NCBI GenBank assembly: GCA_963705165.1
Contig: CAVPJD010000031.1
Location: forward strand, 1-64,000
Length of the DNA stretch: 64,000 bases
From: an uncultured delta proteobacterium
GTDB lineage: Bacteria > Desulfobacterota > Syntrophia > Syntrophales > UBA2192
Reading direction: 5' to 3'
The number at the start of each line of letters is the position of its first letter. Position 1 is the stretch's first letter. Of this stretch, positions 32,687-42,545 are shown in pieces. The notes below the pieces were generated by a model. It made no database searches and was not told the origin of the DNA. It saw only the letters and a list, made by a program, of their open reading frames with translations. The position numbers were made by a program, and so were the translations under genes.

Positions 32687-33379
32687 ATGAGCTACATCAC
32701 CATCGCACTGAAACGAGCCCAGCGGGCAAACGACGACCGGTATCTGCCGTACCGGGACATCATATCGGCTCGACCGCGACGCAGGGTCCGGGGAAAGAAA
32801 CGCCTGATCCTCGGCATTTGCCTGGCCTCGCTGGTGCTCGTGGCCTCGACGGCCTTCTCGCTCATCATCTATTTTGGGCAGGGAGAAGACGCGAACCAGG
32901 CAGGCAACCTCTACGTTGCCTCCATGACCCACCGCGCCAAGATCGACGTGGCCGGCCGTCAGCCGGAGCGTCTCGCGCCGGACAACCCGGCCCAGGACAG
33001 CGAGATCCTCTTCCAGGCGGGCCTCAGGCGGCAGCAGTCGGAGAACCCGGCGGAGGCCGAGGCCCTCTACCGCAGGGCCATCGAGACGGACCCGAAGAAT
33101 CTCAGTGCCTTGAACAACCTGGGGGTGATCTGCATGTCCCAGAAACGGGACAAGGAGGCGATCGACATCTTCACCCGCCTCATCGACGTGAAAGGCGACT
33201 GGGCCGACCCTTACTACAATCTCGCCTGCCTCTACAGCCGGCAGGGGGATGTCCCGAAAAGCCTTTGGAACCTCAAGGTAGCCTTGTGGATGAACAAGGA
33301 ACTCAAGGGGTGGGCAAAAAACGATTCGGACCTGGAGCCGTTACGCTCTAAACCGGAATACCATAAAATAGTCAACTAG
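32687..33379 (+). CDS. TPR membrane protein with GspB/ExeB-like N-terminus
   Basis: MSYITIALKRAQ start, TM, TPRs (ALNNLG, YYNLACLYS). Confidence 0.75.
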   Translation: MSYITIALKRAQRANDDRYLPYRDIISARPRRRVRGKKRLILGICLASLVLVASTAFSLIIYFGQGEDANQAGNLYVASMTHRAKIDVAGRQPERLAPDNPAQDSEILFQAGLRRQQSENPAEAEALYRRAIETDPKNLSALNNLGVICMSQKRDKEAIDIFTRLIDVKGDWADPYYNLACLYSRQGDVPKSLWNLKVALWMNKELKGWAKNDSDLEPLRSKPEYHKIVN

Positions 33380-33441
33380 AGGGTGAATGCGCATGCCGAC
33401 CCTTTCCGGAAAACAGATTACCTATCACGACGGCCCTGGCC

Positions 33442-35652
33442 GTGTTCGTTCTGCTCTTCGCTTTCCAAGGGGCCGTTTCGGCAGCCCGGTTGGCCGGCAA
33501 CGCTCAACCGGTCTCGACCACGTCGACGGAGCCGGTGAAGGAAGGCACAGCCCTGCAGAAGGCCGCCGATGAGGAAGAAACACCGGCCACGGCCACGAAA
33601 AAGCAGGCCCCGGTAAAGAAAAAGGTTGCGAAGAAGGCCCCTCCGAAGAAAGCGGCACCGGCCCGGCAACTCGCGGCAAAAGACGATAACGAGGACAGCG
33701 GCATTCCCTCCGCGAAGGCCGCACACGGAAAGCCCGGCTCTGCAAACGGGAAACTGGGCAAGTACGTCACCATCGATTTCGACAACGTCGACATCCTCGC
33801 CTTCATTAAATTCATCAGCGAGCTGACGGGAAAGAATTTCGTCGTTGACGAGACCGTCAAGGGAAAGGTCAGCGTGTTTTCACCGCGGAAGATTTCCTCA
33901 GACGAGGCCTACCGGGTCTTCGAATCCGTCCTCGAGATCCACGGCCTGACGACGGTCCCCTCGGGCGACGTGATCAAGATCGTCCCCAGCCAGCAGGCGA
34001 GGGAGAAGAGCATCGAGACGCGGCTGCGAGCCGAGGGCCTTGGCCCCAATGACCGCGTGGTGACCCAGATCATACCTCTGAAGCACGCAAGCCCCGACGA
34101 CATGAAAAAAGTCCTCGACCCGCTTGTGTCGAAAGCGAGCGTCATCCTCTCCTACCCGCCCACGGGGATGCTCGTCATCACCGACGTCCAGTCCAACATC
34201 AAGCGGCTCGTCAAGATCGTCAACGCCCTGGATGTGCAGGGGGTAGGCGAACAGATGCACATCATCCCGCTCAAGCACGCCGTGGCATCTGACACGGCGG
34301 CATCGCTCAACTCGATCTTCCAGCTCGACCAGGCGGCGAGACGGCCGCAAGCCACGATGACGATGAGGATCATCGCCGACGATCGCACCAACAGCCTCAT
34401 CGTGCTGGCCTCGGAGGTCTTTGCCGTCCGGGTCCGCGAATTCGTGGCGATCCTCGACCGGGATATTCCCCAGGGCGAATCCAAGATGCATGTCTTCCGC
34501 CTGCAGTACGCCAATTCGGAGGACCTGGCCAAGGTCCTGATGAACCTGCCGTCGAAAGATGCCAGGCCGGCGGCCGCGGCGCCCGGCCAGCCCGCGCCCG
34601 CAGCGATTCCCGGGCTGCGCGGCAGGCTTGCCCTGCTTTCGAGCGACGTCCAGATCGTTTCCGACAAGGCGACGAACACGCTCATCATCACGGCCAACAA
34701 GGAGGACTGGCGCATCCTCGAGGAAGTCATCCGGAAGGTGGACATCGCAAGGTCCATGGTCTACATCGAGGCCCTGATCATGGAAGTGGACGTGAACAAA
34801 ACCTTCGATTTCGGAGTCGAGTGGCGTTTCATCAAGGATCTCGGCACGCCCAGCGGCTTTGACACGGGCCGGACTGCCGGGTTCGGCGGCTCCGGCGGGT
34901 CCGGGACCGGCGGCGCTTATAATTTGTTCCCGGGGACCTCGACGCAGCCGACCTTCCCCGGCGGCTTCTCGCTGGGCGTTCTCGCAGCGGGAATCACGCT
35001 CGGCGGGATCGTCTTCCCGAATATCGGCGCGGTCGTCAACGCCGTGCAGCAGGACTCTCAAGTGCACATCCTCTCGCACCCTCAGCTGCTCACGAGCGAC
35101 AACGAGGAAGCAACGATCACCGTCGGCAAGAACATCCCCTACATCACGCGGCAGGAGCGGTCGACATCCAACGTGGACTACACGAACTTCGAATACCGGG
35201 ACGTGGGGGTCATCCTGACCATCACCCCCTCCATCAACACGGAGCGATTCGTGCGCCTCAAGATCAGCCAGGAGATCTCTACGCTTGTCCAGGAGGAATC
35301 CACGGTGGGGCTGCCGACGACCCTCAAGCGCACGGCCAAGACGACCGTCATGCTCAAGGACAAGCAGACGATCGTCATCGGCGGTCTCATGGGAGACAGC
35401 TCCACGCAGCGCAACTACCAGGTCCCGCTGCTGGGCGACATCCCGCTGCTGGGATGGCTGTTCAAATCGAAGAACACGAGGCGCGAGAAGACGAACCTCT
35501 TCATCTTCATCACCCCGCATGTCATCGAAAACATGGCCGAGGCCCAAGCGGTGAAGGAGATCAAGCGCGAGCAGATCGAAGCGTTCGAGGGAGGGGTGAT
35601 CAAGAGTTACGGTCCTCAAAAACCCGTGGAAGCGGACAAGAAACTCCCGTAA
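33442..35652 (+). CDS. gspD: Type II secretion secretin (5' end uncertain, possible frameshift)
   Basis: TIDFDNVDI N0, DDRTNSLIV, DKATNTLII, PQLLTSDNEEA, VPLLGDIPLLGWLF, FITPHVI. Confidence 0.95.
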   Translation: MFVLLFAFQGAVSAARLAGNAQPVSTTSTEPVKEGTALQKAADEEETPATATKKQAPVKKKVAKKAPPKKAAPARQLAAKDDNEDSGIPSAKAAHGKPGSANGKLGKYVTIDFDNVDILAFIKFISELTGKNFVVDETVKGKVSVFSPRKISSDEAYRVFESVLEIHGLTTVPSGDVIKIVPSQQAREKSIETRLRAEGLGPNDRVVTQIIPLKHASPDDMKKVLDPLVSKASVILSYPPTGMLVITDVQSNIKRLVKIVNALDVQGVGEQMHIIPLKHAVASDTAASLNSIFQLDQAARRPQATMTMRIIADDRTNSLIVLASEVFAVRVREFVAILDRDIPQGESKMHVFRLQYANSEDLAKVLMNLPSKDARPAAAAPGQPAPAAIPGLRGRLALLSSDVQIVSDKATNTLIITANKEDWRILEEVIRKVDIARSMVYIEALIMEVDVNKTFDFGVEWRFIKDLGTPSGFDTGRTAGFGGSGGSGTGGAYNLFPGTSTQPTFPGGFSLGVLAAGITLGGIVFPNIGAVVNAVQQDSQVHILSHPQLLTSDNEEATITVGKNIPYITRQERSTSNVDYTNFEYRDVGVILTITPSINTERFVRLKISQEISTLVQEESTVGLPTTLKRTAKTTVMLKDKQTIVIGGLMGDSSTQRNYQVPLLGDIPLLGWLFKSKNTRREKTNLFIFITPHVIENMAEAQAVKEIKREQIEAFEGGVIKSYGPQKPVEADKKLP

Positions 35653-35672
35653 CCGGGATCGGGTGATAACGG

Positions 35673-37448
35673 ATGGAAGCGAAAGAAGACAAGCGTGATC
35701 CCCGGCCTGCGGAGTTCCCCGGCCTGATCCATTCCGACGGAAAGCCCATCGTCGAGCTTCTCGATGAGGCCTTCGGTCCCGTGCCCGAGGGCGCAACGGC
35801 GATGCGCCGTACCATCGGGGAGATTTACACCCACAAGAAGGCCACCGACGAGGTGAGCCAGCTCCACAGCCTGAGCCTGAAATTCGGCATCCCCCTGCTG
35901 CCGGAGCTCCCCACGGACCACATGAGCGTGGAGTTCACCCGGAAGGTCCCCATCCAATATCTCAAGAAGCAGAAGATGGTCCCCGTGGAGACGCCCGACG
36001 CCTTCCTGGTCGCGGTGAACGACCCCTCCAATTTCCAGGCCGTCGACGATCTGATGCGGCTGCTCGGCCGCGACGACGCCGAGGTGGTGCTGGCCTCCGA
36101 GGGGGCGATCCTCTCGGCCATCAATTCTGCCTATGACCTGGGCCGTGATTCGGCGCAGGAGTTCATCCAGATCATGAACGGCGATTCGGCCGACAGCATC
36201 ATCTCCGAGATCGAGGAGACGGCCGACCTGCTGGACGACACGAGCGATGCGCCCATCATCAAGCTCGTCAACCTCGTACTTGCCCAGGCCATCAAGGACC
36301 GCTCCAGCGACATTCACATCGAGCCCTATGCCAACTCGCTGAAGATCCGCTACCGGATCGACGGCATGCTCTACAACCTGCTGAACCTGCCGCGGCGGAT
36401 CCAGTCGCCGCTGGTTTCGCGCATCAAGATCATGGGCAAGCTCAACATCGCCGAGAAGCGACTCCCGCAGGATGGACGCATCGCGGTAAAGATCGGCGAC
36501 AAGAGCGTGGACATCCGCGTCTCCGTCATCCCCACGGCCTTCGGCGAGCGGGTGGTGCTCAGGCTCCTGGACAAGTCCCAGGAGCTTCTCACGCTCGCGG
36601 ACCTGGGTCTGGACGAGGCGAAGATCGCCCAGTTCAACCGCCTCATCAAGTCGCCCTACGGGATCGTCCTCGTCACGGGGCCCACGGGCAGCGGCAAGAC
36701 GACGAGCCTCTACGCGGCGCTCTCGAAGATCAACAGCCCCTCGATCAACATCATCACCATCGAGGACCCCATCGAGTACCAGATCGAGGGGATCGGACAA
36801 ATTCAGGTCAACCCCAAGATCGACCTCACCTTCGCCACGGGCCTGCGCTCGATCGTGCGCCAGGACCCGGATGTCATCCTGGTGGGAGAGGTCCGCGACC
36901 GCGAGACTGCGGAGATCGCCATCCAGTCCTCGCTGACGGGGCACCTCGTCTTCTCGACGCTGCACACCAACGACGCCGCGAGCGCCATTACGCGCCTCAT
37001 CGACATGGGCATCGAACCCTTCCTGGTGGCCTCGTCGGTCATCGCCATCGTGGCCCAGAGGCTCGTGCGCGTGCTGTGCCCTCGCTGCAAGGAACCCTAC
37101 GAGCCCGACACAGAGTCGCTCATCGACGCAGGGATCCCCCGCAACGCCGTCATCGGCCAGCCGATCTACCGCCGCAAGGGCTGCAACTCCTGCATGAACA
37201 CGGGCTACCGGGGCCGGACGGGCATCTTCGAGATCATGATCATGGACGAAGGGGTCAAGAAGCTGATCCTCAGGACTTCGGATTCCAACCAGATCAACGA
37301 TGAGGCCGTCCGCGGCGGCATGTCAACGCTTGTCCAGGACGGGGCCCGCAGGGTCCTCGAGGGAATCACGACGATCGAGGAGGTGCTCCGCGTGACCCGC
37401 ATCCTGCACCGCAACACCAATGCCGCCATCGAGGACGAGGCGATCTGA
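35673..37448 (+). CDS. gspE: Type II secretion ATPase E
   Basis: SSDIHIEP, RLPQDGRI, GPTGSGKTT, RQDPDVILVGE, CPRC..CNSC. Confidence 0.96.
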   Translation: MEAKEDKRDPRPAEFPGLIHSDGKPIVELLDEAFGPVPEGATAMRRTIGEIYTHKKATDEVSQLHSLSLKFGIPLLPELPTDHMSVEFTRKVPIQYLKKQKMVPVETPDAFLVAVNDPSNFQAVDDLMRLLGRDDAEVVLASEGAILSAINSAYDLGRDSAQEFIQIMNGDSADSIISEIEETADLLDDTSDAPIIKLVNLVLAQAIKDRSSDIHIEPYANSLKIRYRIDGMLYNLLNLPRRIQSPLVSRIKIMGKLNIAEKRLPQDGRIAVKIGDKSVDIRVSVIPTAFGERVVLRLLDKSQELLTLADLGLDEAKIAQFNRLIKSPYGIVLVTGPTGSGKTTSLYAALSKINSPSINIITIEDPIEYQIEGIGQIQVNPKIDLTFATGLRSIVRQDPDVILVGEVRDRETAEIAIQSSLTGHLVFSTLHTNDAASAITRLIDMGIEPFLVASSVIAIVAQRLVRVLCPRCKEPYEPDTESLIDAGIPRNAVIGQPIYRRKGCNSCMNTGYRGRTGIFEIMIMDEGVKKLILRTSDSNQINDEAVRGGMSTLVQDGARRVLEGITTIEEVLRVTRILHRNTNAAIEDEAI

Positions 37449-37505
37449 CGCTCGGCGTCAGATCGCAGGGTCCAGGGTTCAGGGTATAGGGTCCAGGGAA
37501 AAATT

Positions 37506-37540
37506 AAAGCCCCGGGTGCTCAAGGCAGCCCGGGGCTTTC
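37506..37540. terminator. Bidirectional terminator nested between heptamer arrays
   Basis: AAAGCCCCGGG...CCCGGGGCTTT between converging genes. Confidence 0.7.
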
Positions 37541-37609
37541 TGTCTGTTAGATGGTCCGTTCCTTTACCCTTTAGCCTTTAGCCTTTAGCCTGTACTTTCT
37601 GCTTGCGCC

Positions 37610-37897
37610 CTACTGGCGTTCGTAAATCCGGATATCCGGATCCGCCATGAGGTAGGGCTTCAACTCTCCAACGACATCGTTGACGAACAGTGCGCTCTTT
37701 AAGTAGCTTTCTGCAGAAGCTCGCGAATCGAAGCCGTGAAGCACCTGCACATCCTCTTCCCGGAGGAGGAGGTCTTTGGACTCGGCGCCGGGAATCGTTG
37801 AGAGAAACGGCTGTTTGTATTTTGAGTAGACCGCGCCGGCCTTGGGCAGGTCCGTCGCGGAGACCTTCATCGTGATCTCGAGATACGCTTTTTTCAT
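37610..37897 (-). CDS. Small hypothetical protein (possible dimeric alpha/beta barrel)
   Basis: AAGGAG RBS, 95 aa globular-looking sequence. Confidence 0.7.
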   Translation of the reverse strand: MKKAYLEITMKVSATDLPKAGAVYSKYKQPFLSTIPGAESKDLLLREEDVQVLHGFDSRASAESYLKSALFVNDVVGELKPYLMADPDIRIYERQ

Positions 37898-37912
37898 CTT
37901 TGTCTCCTTAAC

Positions 37913-38037
37913 TTATTAGACAGGCAACAAAATACCGCAATAGCGTCATTCCCGCGAAAGCGGGAATCCACAAATGACTGGATACCGGATCAAGTCCGGT
38001 ATGACATGGTTGCAATGTTTAGTTGCCGCAGTAATAA
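37913..38037. mobile_element. MITE-like ~125-bp palindromic element with GTCATTCCCGCGAAAGCGGGAATCCA core
   Basis: Imperfect terminal IRs TTATTA-N4-GGCAAC; two internal hairpins. Confidence 0.65.
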
Positions 38038-38087
38038 TTCAGAAAACACACTATACTAATGATACGAATACCCTTTACCCTGTCTTT

Positions 38088-38969
38088 CTACTTATACCCT
38101 TCGGGATAGAAATCATCCCAAACATTGGTCATCAGGCGCTTCAAGTCGGACCCGTCGAGCTTGATCGAGTATATCTCCCTTTTCGTCTCGTTGGGCGGGA
38201 TGGCCGAAAAGAGGAGCCTCGCGTCATCGGCCGAGAAGGCTATGCCGCCTATGTTCTGGATGGTTGTCGCGTTCGGGCCGTAGGCGAAGCTGAAACGGTT
38301 GACGTGCTGAAGCGACGGGATACGGTTAATGTTGATGTAGTGAAGCATCATCGCTGCCAGTGGAATCTTCACCTCCGAGACCAGCAGGCTTCCGTCGTGG
38401 GAGACGACGGGCTGGCTGCCAGCCAGTATGGGCCCCGTGACCGTCCCCGTAGTGATATCTTGAAGATAGATTCCCACGGTATCGCCCGATCCTGTCCCGG
38501 TTCCGCGGCCGAACACGAGAGTGTTCGCGTTCCAGTAGTCATGGCCGAAGTTGTCCGTGACGCCCGCGGGGGGGGTGGTGATCTGCGTGAGCGACGTTCC
38601 GTCGGGCCTGATCCGGTAGATCTTGCCCTGGTTCCTGAAAATGATCCAGTCCCCGGCGGGGGCCCAGCGTGGACGGGTGCCCTGCGCCAGGTTCTTCTCG
38701 GTCGCGCCCGCGGCATCGCCCACCTGCCTCACGATGATGCGGTCGAACCCGCCGACGACCCTTTTGAAGGCCACCCACTTGCCGTCGTGCGAGACATCGG
38801 GCATCGAGTCGTCGAAGGCGGTCACAAACAGGGCCGCCGGCTGCAGCGGGCTTTCATCCGTGGCCGTCATCAATTGTCCCTTGCCCGTCTCCTGCGATAC
38901 GTAGACGATGGAGGCGCACCCCCACGTCATGAGAAGGCAGACCAACACGAGTACAATCATCTTTTTCAT
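38088..38969 (-). CDS. TolB-like/PD40 beta-propeller lipoprotein
   Basis: Lipobox TWGC, repeats PDVSHDGKWVAF, PRWAPAGDWI, PVVSHDGS, FSADDARL. Confidence 0.8.
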   Translation of the reverse strand: MKKMIVLVLVCLLMTWGCASIVYVSQETGKGQLMTATDESPLQPAALFVTAFDDSMPDVSHDGKWVAFKRVVGGFDRIIVRQVGDAAGATEKNLAQGTRPRWAPAGDWIIFRNQGKIYRIRPDGTSLTQITTPPAGVTDNFGHDYWNANTLVFGRGTGTGSGDTVGIYLQDITTGTVTGPILAGSQPVVSHDGSLLVSEVKIPLAAMMLHYININRIPSLQHVNRFSFAYGPNATTIQNIGGIAFSADDARLLFSAIPPNETKREIYSIKLDGSDLKRLMTNVWDDFYPEGYK

Positions 38970-39178
38970 GGCATTCCTCCTTGGACCTGTGATGACGGCT
39001 GAGCTTGGTGTGATGGATGACTGGGTCGTTGCCTGTATGCCGGCTGTCGAAAAATCAATTCGGAGTGAGCGGGTGGACTAATGACAGATGAACAAAAGGA
39101 ATATCAGGACACGCTTACCTATTAAGTAACGGCAAACCCTTTCCCCGTCAACAGAAAAATGAAGCTCCCTGCCGGTGA

Positions 39179-39877
39179 TCACCGGCCGTACACCGTCGGG
39201 TCCGTAATGCCGGCTTCGCGGAATCCCTTCTTCCGGAGAAGGCAGCTGTCGCAATCGCCGCAGGCCCTGCCCCGGGGGTCCGGGTCGTAGCAGCTGTGGG
39301 TGAGCCGGTAGTCGACACCGAGTTCGGTGCCCGTCCGGATGATCTCGGCCTTTGTCATGTGGATGAGCGGGGTACGGATTGCGATTTTCATTTTTCCTTC
39401 GACGGCGGCCCTGATGGCAAGATTCGCCATGGCTTCGAAGGCAAGGATATATTCGGGCCGGCAGTCGGGGTAGCCCGAGTAGTCCACCGCATTGACGCCG
39501 ATGAAGACGTCGGCTGCCTCCAGGACCTCCGCCCAGGCCAGGGCGTAGGACAGGAAGATGGTGTTGCGCGCCGGCACGTAGGTCACCGGGATTCCCGATG
39601 CGAGTTGCTCCTCGTTGCGGCCGTGGGGCACAGCGATGTCGGCCGTAAGGGCCGAGCCGCCGATCTTCCCGAGGTCGATCCGGATGACGAGGTGCTGCCG
39701 GGCGCCGAGAACGTCGGCTATTTTCCGCGATGCGTCCAGTTCCACGGCATGACGCTGTCCGTAATCGAAGCTCAGGCAGTAGAGTTCATACCCCTCACGT
39801 TTCGCCACGGCCATCGCCGTCGTGGAGTCGATGCCGCCGCTCGAAAGAATCACCGCTTTTCTCTTCCCTTTCATCAT
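39179..39877 (-). CDS. queC: 7-cyano-7-deazaguanine synthase
   Basis: SGGIDST, YGQRH, TYVPARN, SGYPDCR, SCY..CGDCDSC. Confidence 0.97.
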   Translation of the reverse strand: MMKGKRKAVILSSGGIDSTTAMAVAKREGYELYCLSFDYGQRHAVELDASRKIADVLGARQHLVIRIDLGKIGGSALTADIAVPHGRNEEQLASGIPVTYVPARNTIFLSYALAWAEVLEAADVFIGVNAVDYSGYPDCRPEYILAFEAMANLAIRAAVEGKMKIAIRTPLIHMTKAEIIRTGTELGVDYRLTHSCYDPDPRGRACGDCDSCLLRKKGFREAGITDPTVYGR

Positions 39878-39894
39878 CGCTCCCCCTGTGGGCC

Positions 39895-39922
39895 ATTATG
39901 ACGGGAAGCGCGCTTTTGTCAA
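39895..39922 (-). promoter_or_regulatory. Sigma70-type promoter of queC
   Basis: TTGACA-16 nt-CATAAT on minus strand. Confidence 0.6.
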
Positions 39923-40013
39923 CGCCATCCGAGCCATGCCTTCCTTTACGGGGCCGCCGAATTGTGCTACAAACAGCAATCAATCGGTATCACCCAAGGA
40001 ATCCACCAGCCCC

Positions 40014-42083
40014 ATGCACGGAAGCCGCACCCGCATCCCTCTCCCGACCCGGCGTCGAAGGCAAACAAAACGCGAAGAGCCCTCCTCGTGGCTCAAACCC
40101 GAGGCCGAGCCTGCGCTGAACGACGCGCTCGCCCGTATCGGAAAGCCCGAAGAACTACCCTTCAGGCCGGACCCCTTTCAGCTCGAGGCCATTGAGGCCA
40201 TCGGGCGCACGGACTGCCTCGTCATGGCCCCGACAGGTTCCGGCAAGACCTGGATCGCCGAGCAGGCCATCCGGAAGATGCTCCGGGAGGGCAAGCGCTG
40301 CTGGTATGCCTCGCCCCTGAAGGCCCTGTCGAATGCCAAGTGGGTGGAGTTCGGCGACCTCTTCGAGAGCATGAACGTGGGCATCCTGACGGGCGACACG
40401 AAGGAAAACACCGATGCGCCCGTCATCGTGGGAACGACGGAGATCCTCCGAAACCAGCTCTACGACACCATGCACGAGGGGCGCGATCTGCCCTTCGATC
40501 TGGTCATCCTCGACGAGGCCCACTACCTCGGCGACGTGGAACGCGGTGTGGTCTGGGAGGAGATCATGATCTACCTGCCCGCGCGGGTGAACCTCCTGCT
40601 GCTCTCCGCCACGATCGAAAACGGCCGCCAGATCGCCGCCTGGCTCGAGGCCCTGCGCGGCAAGAAATGCGCCGTCATCGAGGAGAGACGGAGGCCGGTG
40701 CCCCTTTACCCGCTCTTTCTCCACCCGTCGGGCCGGCTCATGCCCTTTCTCGACAAACGAAGGTTCTACGGCCGTGTGGAGCAGTTTGCCCGCGAGCGGG
40801 GAAAGCAACAGCGCGGCGGCCGGGGGATGACGCCTTACGGCGAGATCCTCCGGGTACTGAGGCACTTCAACCTGCTGCCGGCCATCTTTTTTCTCCAGTC
40901 GAGGGCCGAGTGCGACAACGCCGTGAAGAGCTGCCGGCAGATCACGCGCCCGGCGAACGTCGAGTTCGACGATGCGCTTCAGGAAATGATCGACCGCACG
41001 CCGAGGCTCGCCCAGCACAAGCAGCTCGAGCAGCTGCGCCTCTCCCGGGTCGCCTCCCACCACGGGGGGCAGCTCCCGCCGTGGAAGTTTGTCGTGGAGA
41101 GCATGATGAAGCGCGGTTACCTGGATGCGATCTTCGCCACGTCCACCGTGGCGGCGGGGGTGAACTTCCCGGCGCGGACGATCGTTCTTTTCAACTCGGA
41201 CTATTTCAACGGGCACGAGTGCGTGCCGCTCGGTGCCACCGCCTTTCACCAGATGACAGGCCGGGCGGGCCGCCGGGGGCAGGACAACATCGGCTTCATG
41301 CTGCTGGTGCCGGGCCGGTTCATGGACCTGGAGCACGTCCGGAGGCTTGTCTTCACGCGCTCCGAGGACATCGAGAGCCGCATCAAGAACGACTTCTCCA
41401 TGGTGCTGAACCTGCTTTTGTCCCAGACGATGGAGAACGTCCGCCACATCTTCGAGAACTCGCTTGCGGACTTCCAGCAGGACGAAGAGCGAAGGGGGGG
41501 AAAGAAAAACGCCGCCTCGCGACTCTGGCGGGCCTTCCAGCGGCACGTGTCGTTCCTCAAGGCCGAGGGTTTCGTGGGCGACAACGACCGGCTCACGGCC
41601 GACGGGGCCTGGACCTCGCAGCTGCGGCTCGACCACCCCGTGCTGATTGCCGAGTGCCTGCGGCGGGGAGCGCTCCCGAACCAGGACGCGGCACTGCTGG
41701 CCGCCGTGATCGCACCCTTCGTCTACGACCGGGGGCAGGACATCGCCGTGAAAAGGAAGGAACTGCCCAAACGGCTGGTTCAGGCCTACGACCGGGTGGT
41801 CGAAACCGTTTTCCCCATGATGGAGAAGCTCGATGCCGAGGGCTTCGGCCTGCACCCCCTGCCCCTCTGGACGGCAGCCGTGATCTACGACTGGGCACGC
41901 GGCCGCGAATGGGACCGGATCGTCGAGCGCTACGGATTTGCCGACGGCGACATGGCCATGCTCGTCTCCCGGACAGCCGACAACCTGCGGCAGATCGCCG
42001 CACTGCGGCACACCCACCCGGATGTGGCCGACCTGGCCTGGAAAGCACGGGAGTTGCTGCTGAGGGAACCCGTTGTATTCTAG
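40014..42083 (+). CDS. Ski2/HelY-like SF2 helicase
   Basis: APTGSGKT, PLKALSN, DEAHY, LSAT, HHGG, QMTGRAGRRG; start uncertain. Confidence 0.9.
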   Translation: MHGSRTRIPLPTRRRRQTKREEPSSWLKPEAEPALNDALARIGKPEELPFRPDPFQLEAIEAIGRTDCLVMAPTGSGKTWIAEQAIRKMLREGKRCWYASPLKALSNAKWVEFGDLFESMNVGILTGDTKENTDAPVIVGTTEILRNQLYDTMHEGRDLPFDLVILDEAHYLGDVERGVVWEEIMIYLPARVNLLLLSATIENGRQIAAWLEALRGKKCAVIEERRRPVPLYPLFLHPSGRLMPFLDKRRFYGRVEQFARERGKQQRGGRGMTPYGEILRVLRHFNLLPAIFFLQSRAECDNAVKSCRQITRPANVEFDDALQEMIDRTPRLAQHKQLEQLRLSRVASHHGGQLPPWKFVVESMMKRGYLDAIFATSTVAAGVNFPARTIVLFNSDYFNGHECVPLGATAFHQMTGRAGRRGQDNIGFMLLVPGRFMDLEHVRRLVFTRSEDIESRIKNDFSMVLNLLLSQTMENVRHIFENSLADFQQDEERRGGKKNAASRLWRAFQRHVSFLKAEGFVGDNDRLTADGAWTSQLRLDHPVLIAECLRRGALPNQDAALLAAVIAPFVYDRGQDIAVKRKELPKRLVQAYDRVVETVFPMMEKLDAEGFGLHPLPLWTAAVIYDWARGREWDRIVERYGFADGDMAMLVSRTADNLRQIAALRHTHPDVADLAWKARELLLREPVVF

Positions 42084-42219
42084 CGCTTCGCGCAGGCATC
42101 AGGCTACAGGCAGCAGGCTTCAGGAAAAACGAGCGCATGTTTGCGGATCCCGGATACCGATACCCTCCCGCCTGTACCCTTGACCCTGTCCCCTGGACCC
42201 TGCATCGCGAATTTGCTGC

Positions 42220-42249
42220 TTGACAATTTTGTGCCGGGAAGGCTATAAA
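42220..42249 (+). promoter_or_regulatory. Sigma70-type promoter of tRNA-Glu
   Basis: TTGACA-18 nt-TATAAA. Confidence 0.6.
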
Positions 42250-42311
42250 AGCAATTCCGATGGACAAACGGGCCGGATATCTCCGGCCCTCTTTTTACAG
42301 AGAACACAAGC

Positions 42312-42387
42312 GTCCCCATCGTCTAGTGGCCTAGGACACTGGCCTTTCACGCCGGCGACCGGGGTTCGACTCCCCGTGGGGACGCCA
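42312..42387 (+). tRNA. tRNA-Glu (anticodon TTC)
   Basis: GTCCCCA/TGGGGAC acceptor, anticodon loop CTTTCAC, GGTTCGACTCC, CCA end. Confidence 0.96.
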
Positions 42388-42395
42388 GAAAACAG

Positions 42396-42427
42396 AAGGG
42401 GCAGGCCCGTCATGGCTTGCCCCTTCG
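42396..42427. terminator. Terminator between tRNA-Glu and IclR gene
   Basis: GAAGGGGCAGGCC...GGCTTGCCCCTTC hairpin. Confidence 0.65.
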
Positions 42428-42545
42428 TGTATTTCCTCTCCTGAAAATCGAGACTGTCGCCCGCTCCCCTGGAAGGCTCACCGCCCCCGGTGCCCCCAGG
42501 GCCCATTGACATTGAACTTCGCTGTTGTTGTTTTTCCCGAGCGAT

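Noticed and set aside
39878..39960. preQ1 riboswitch upstream of queC
   Set aside because: The predicted leader is very short and lacks a preQ1 consensus.
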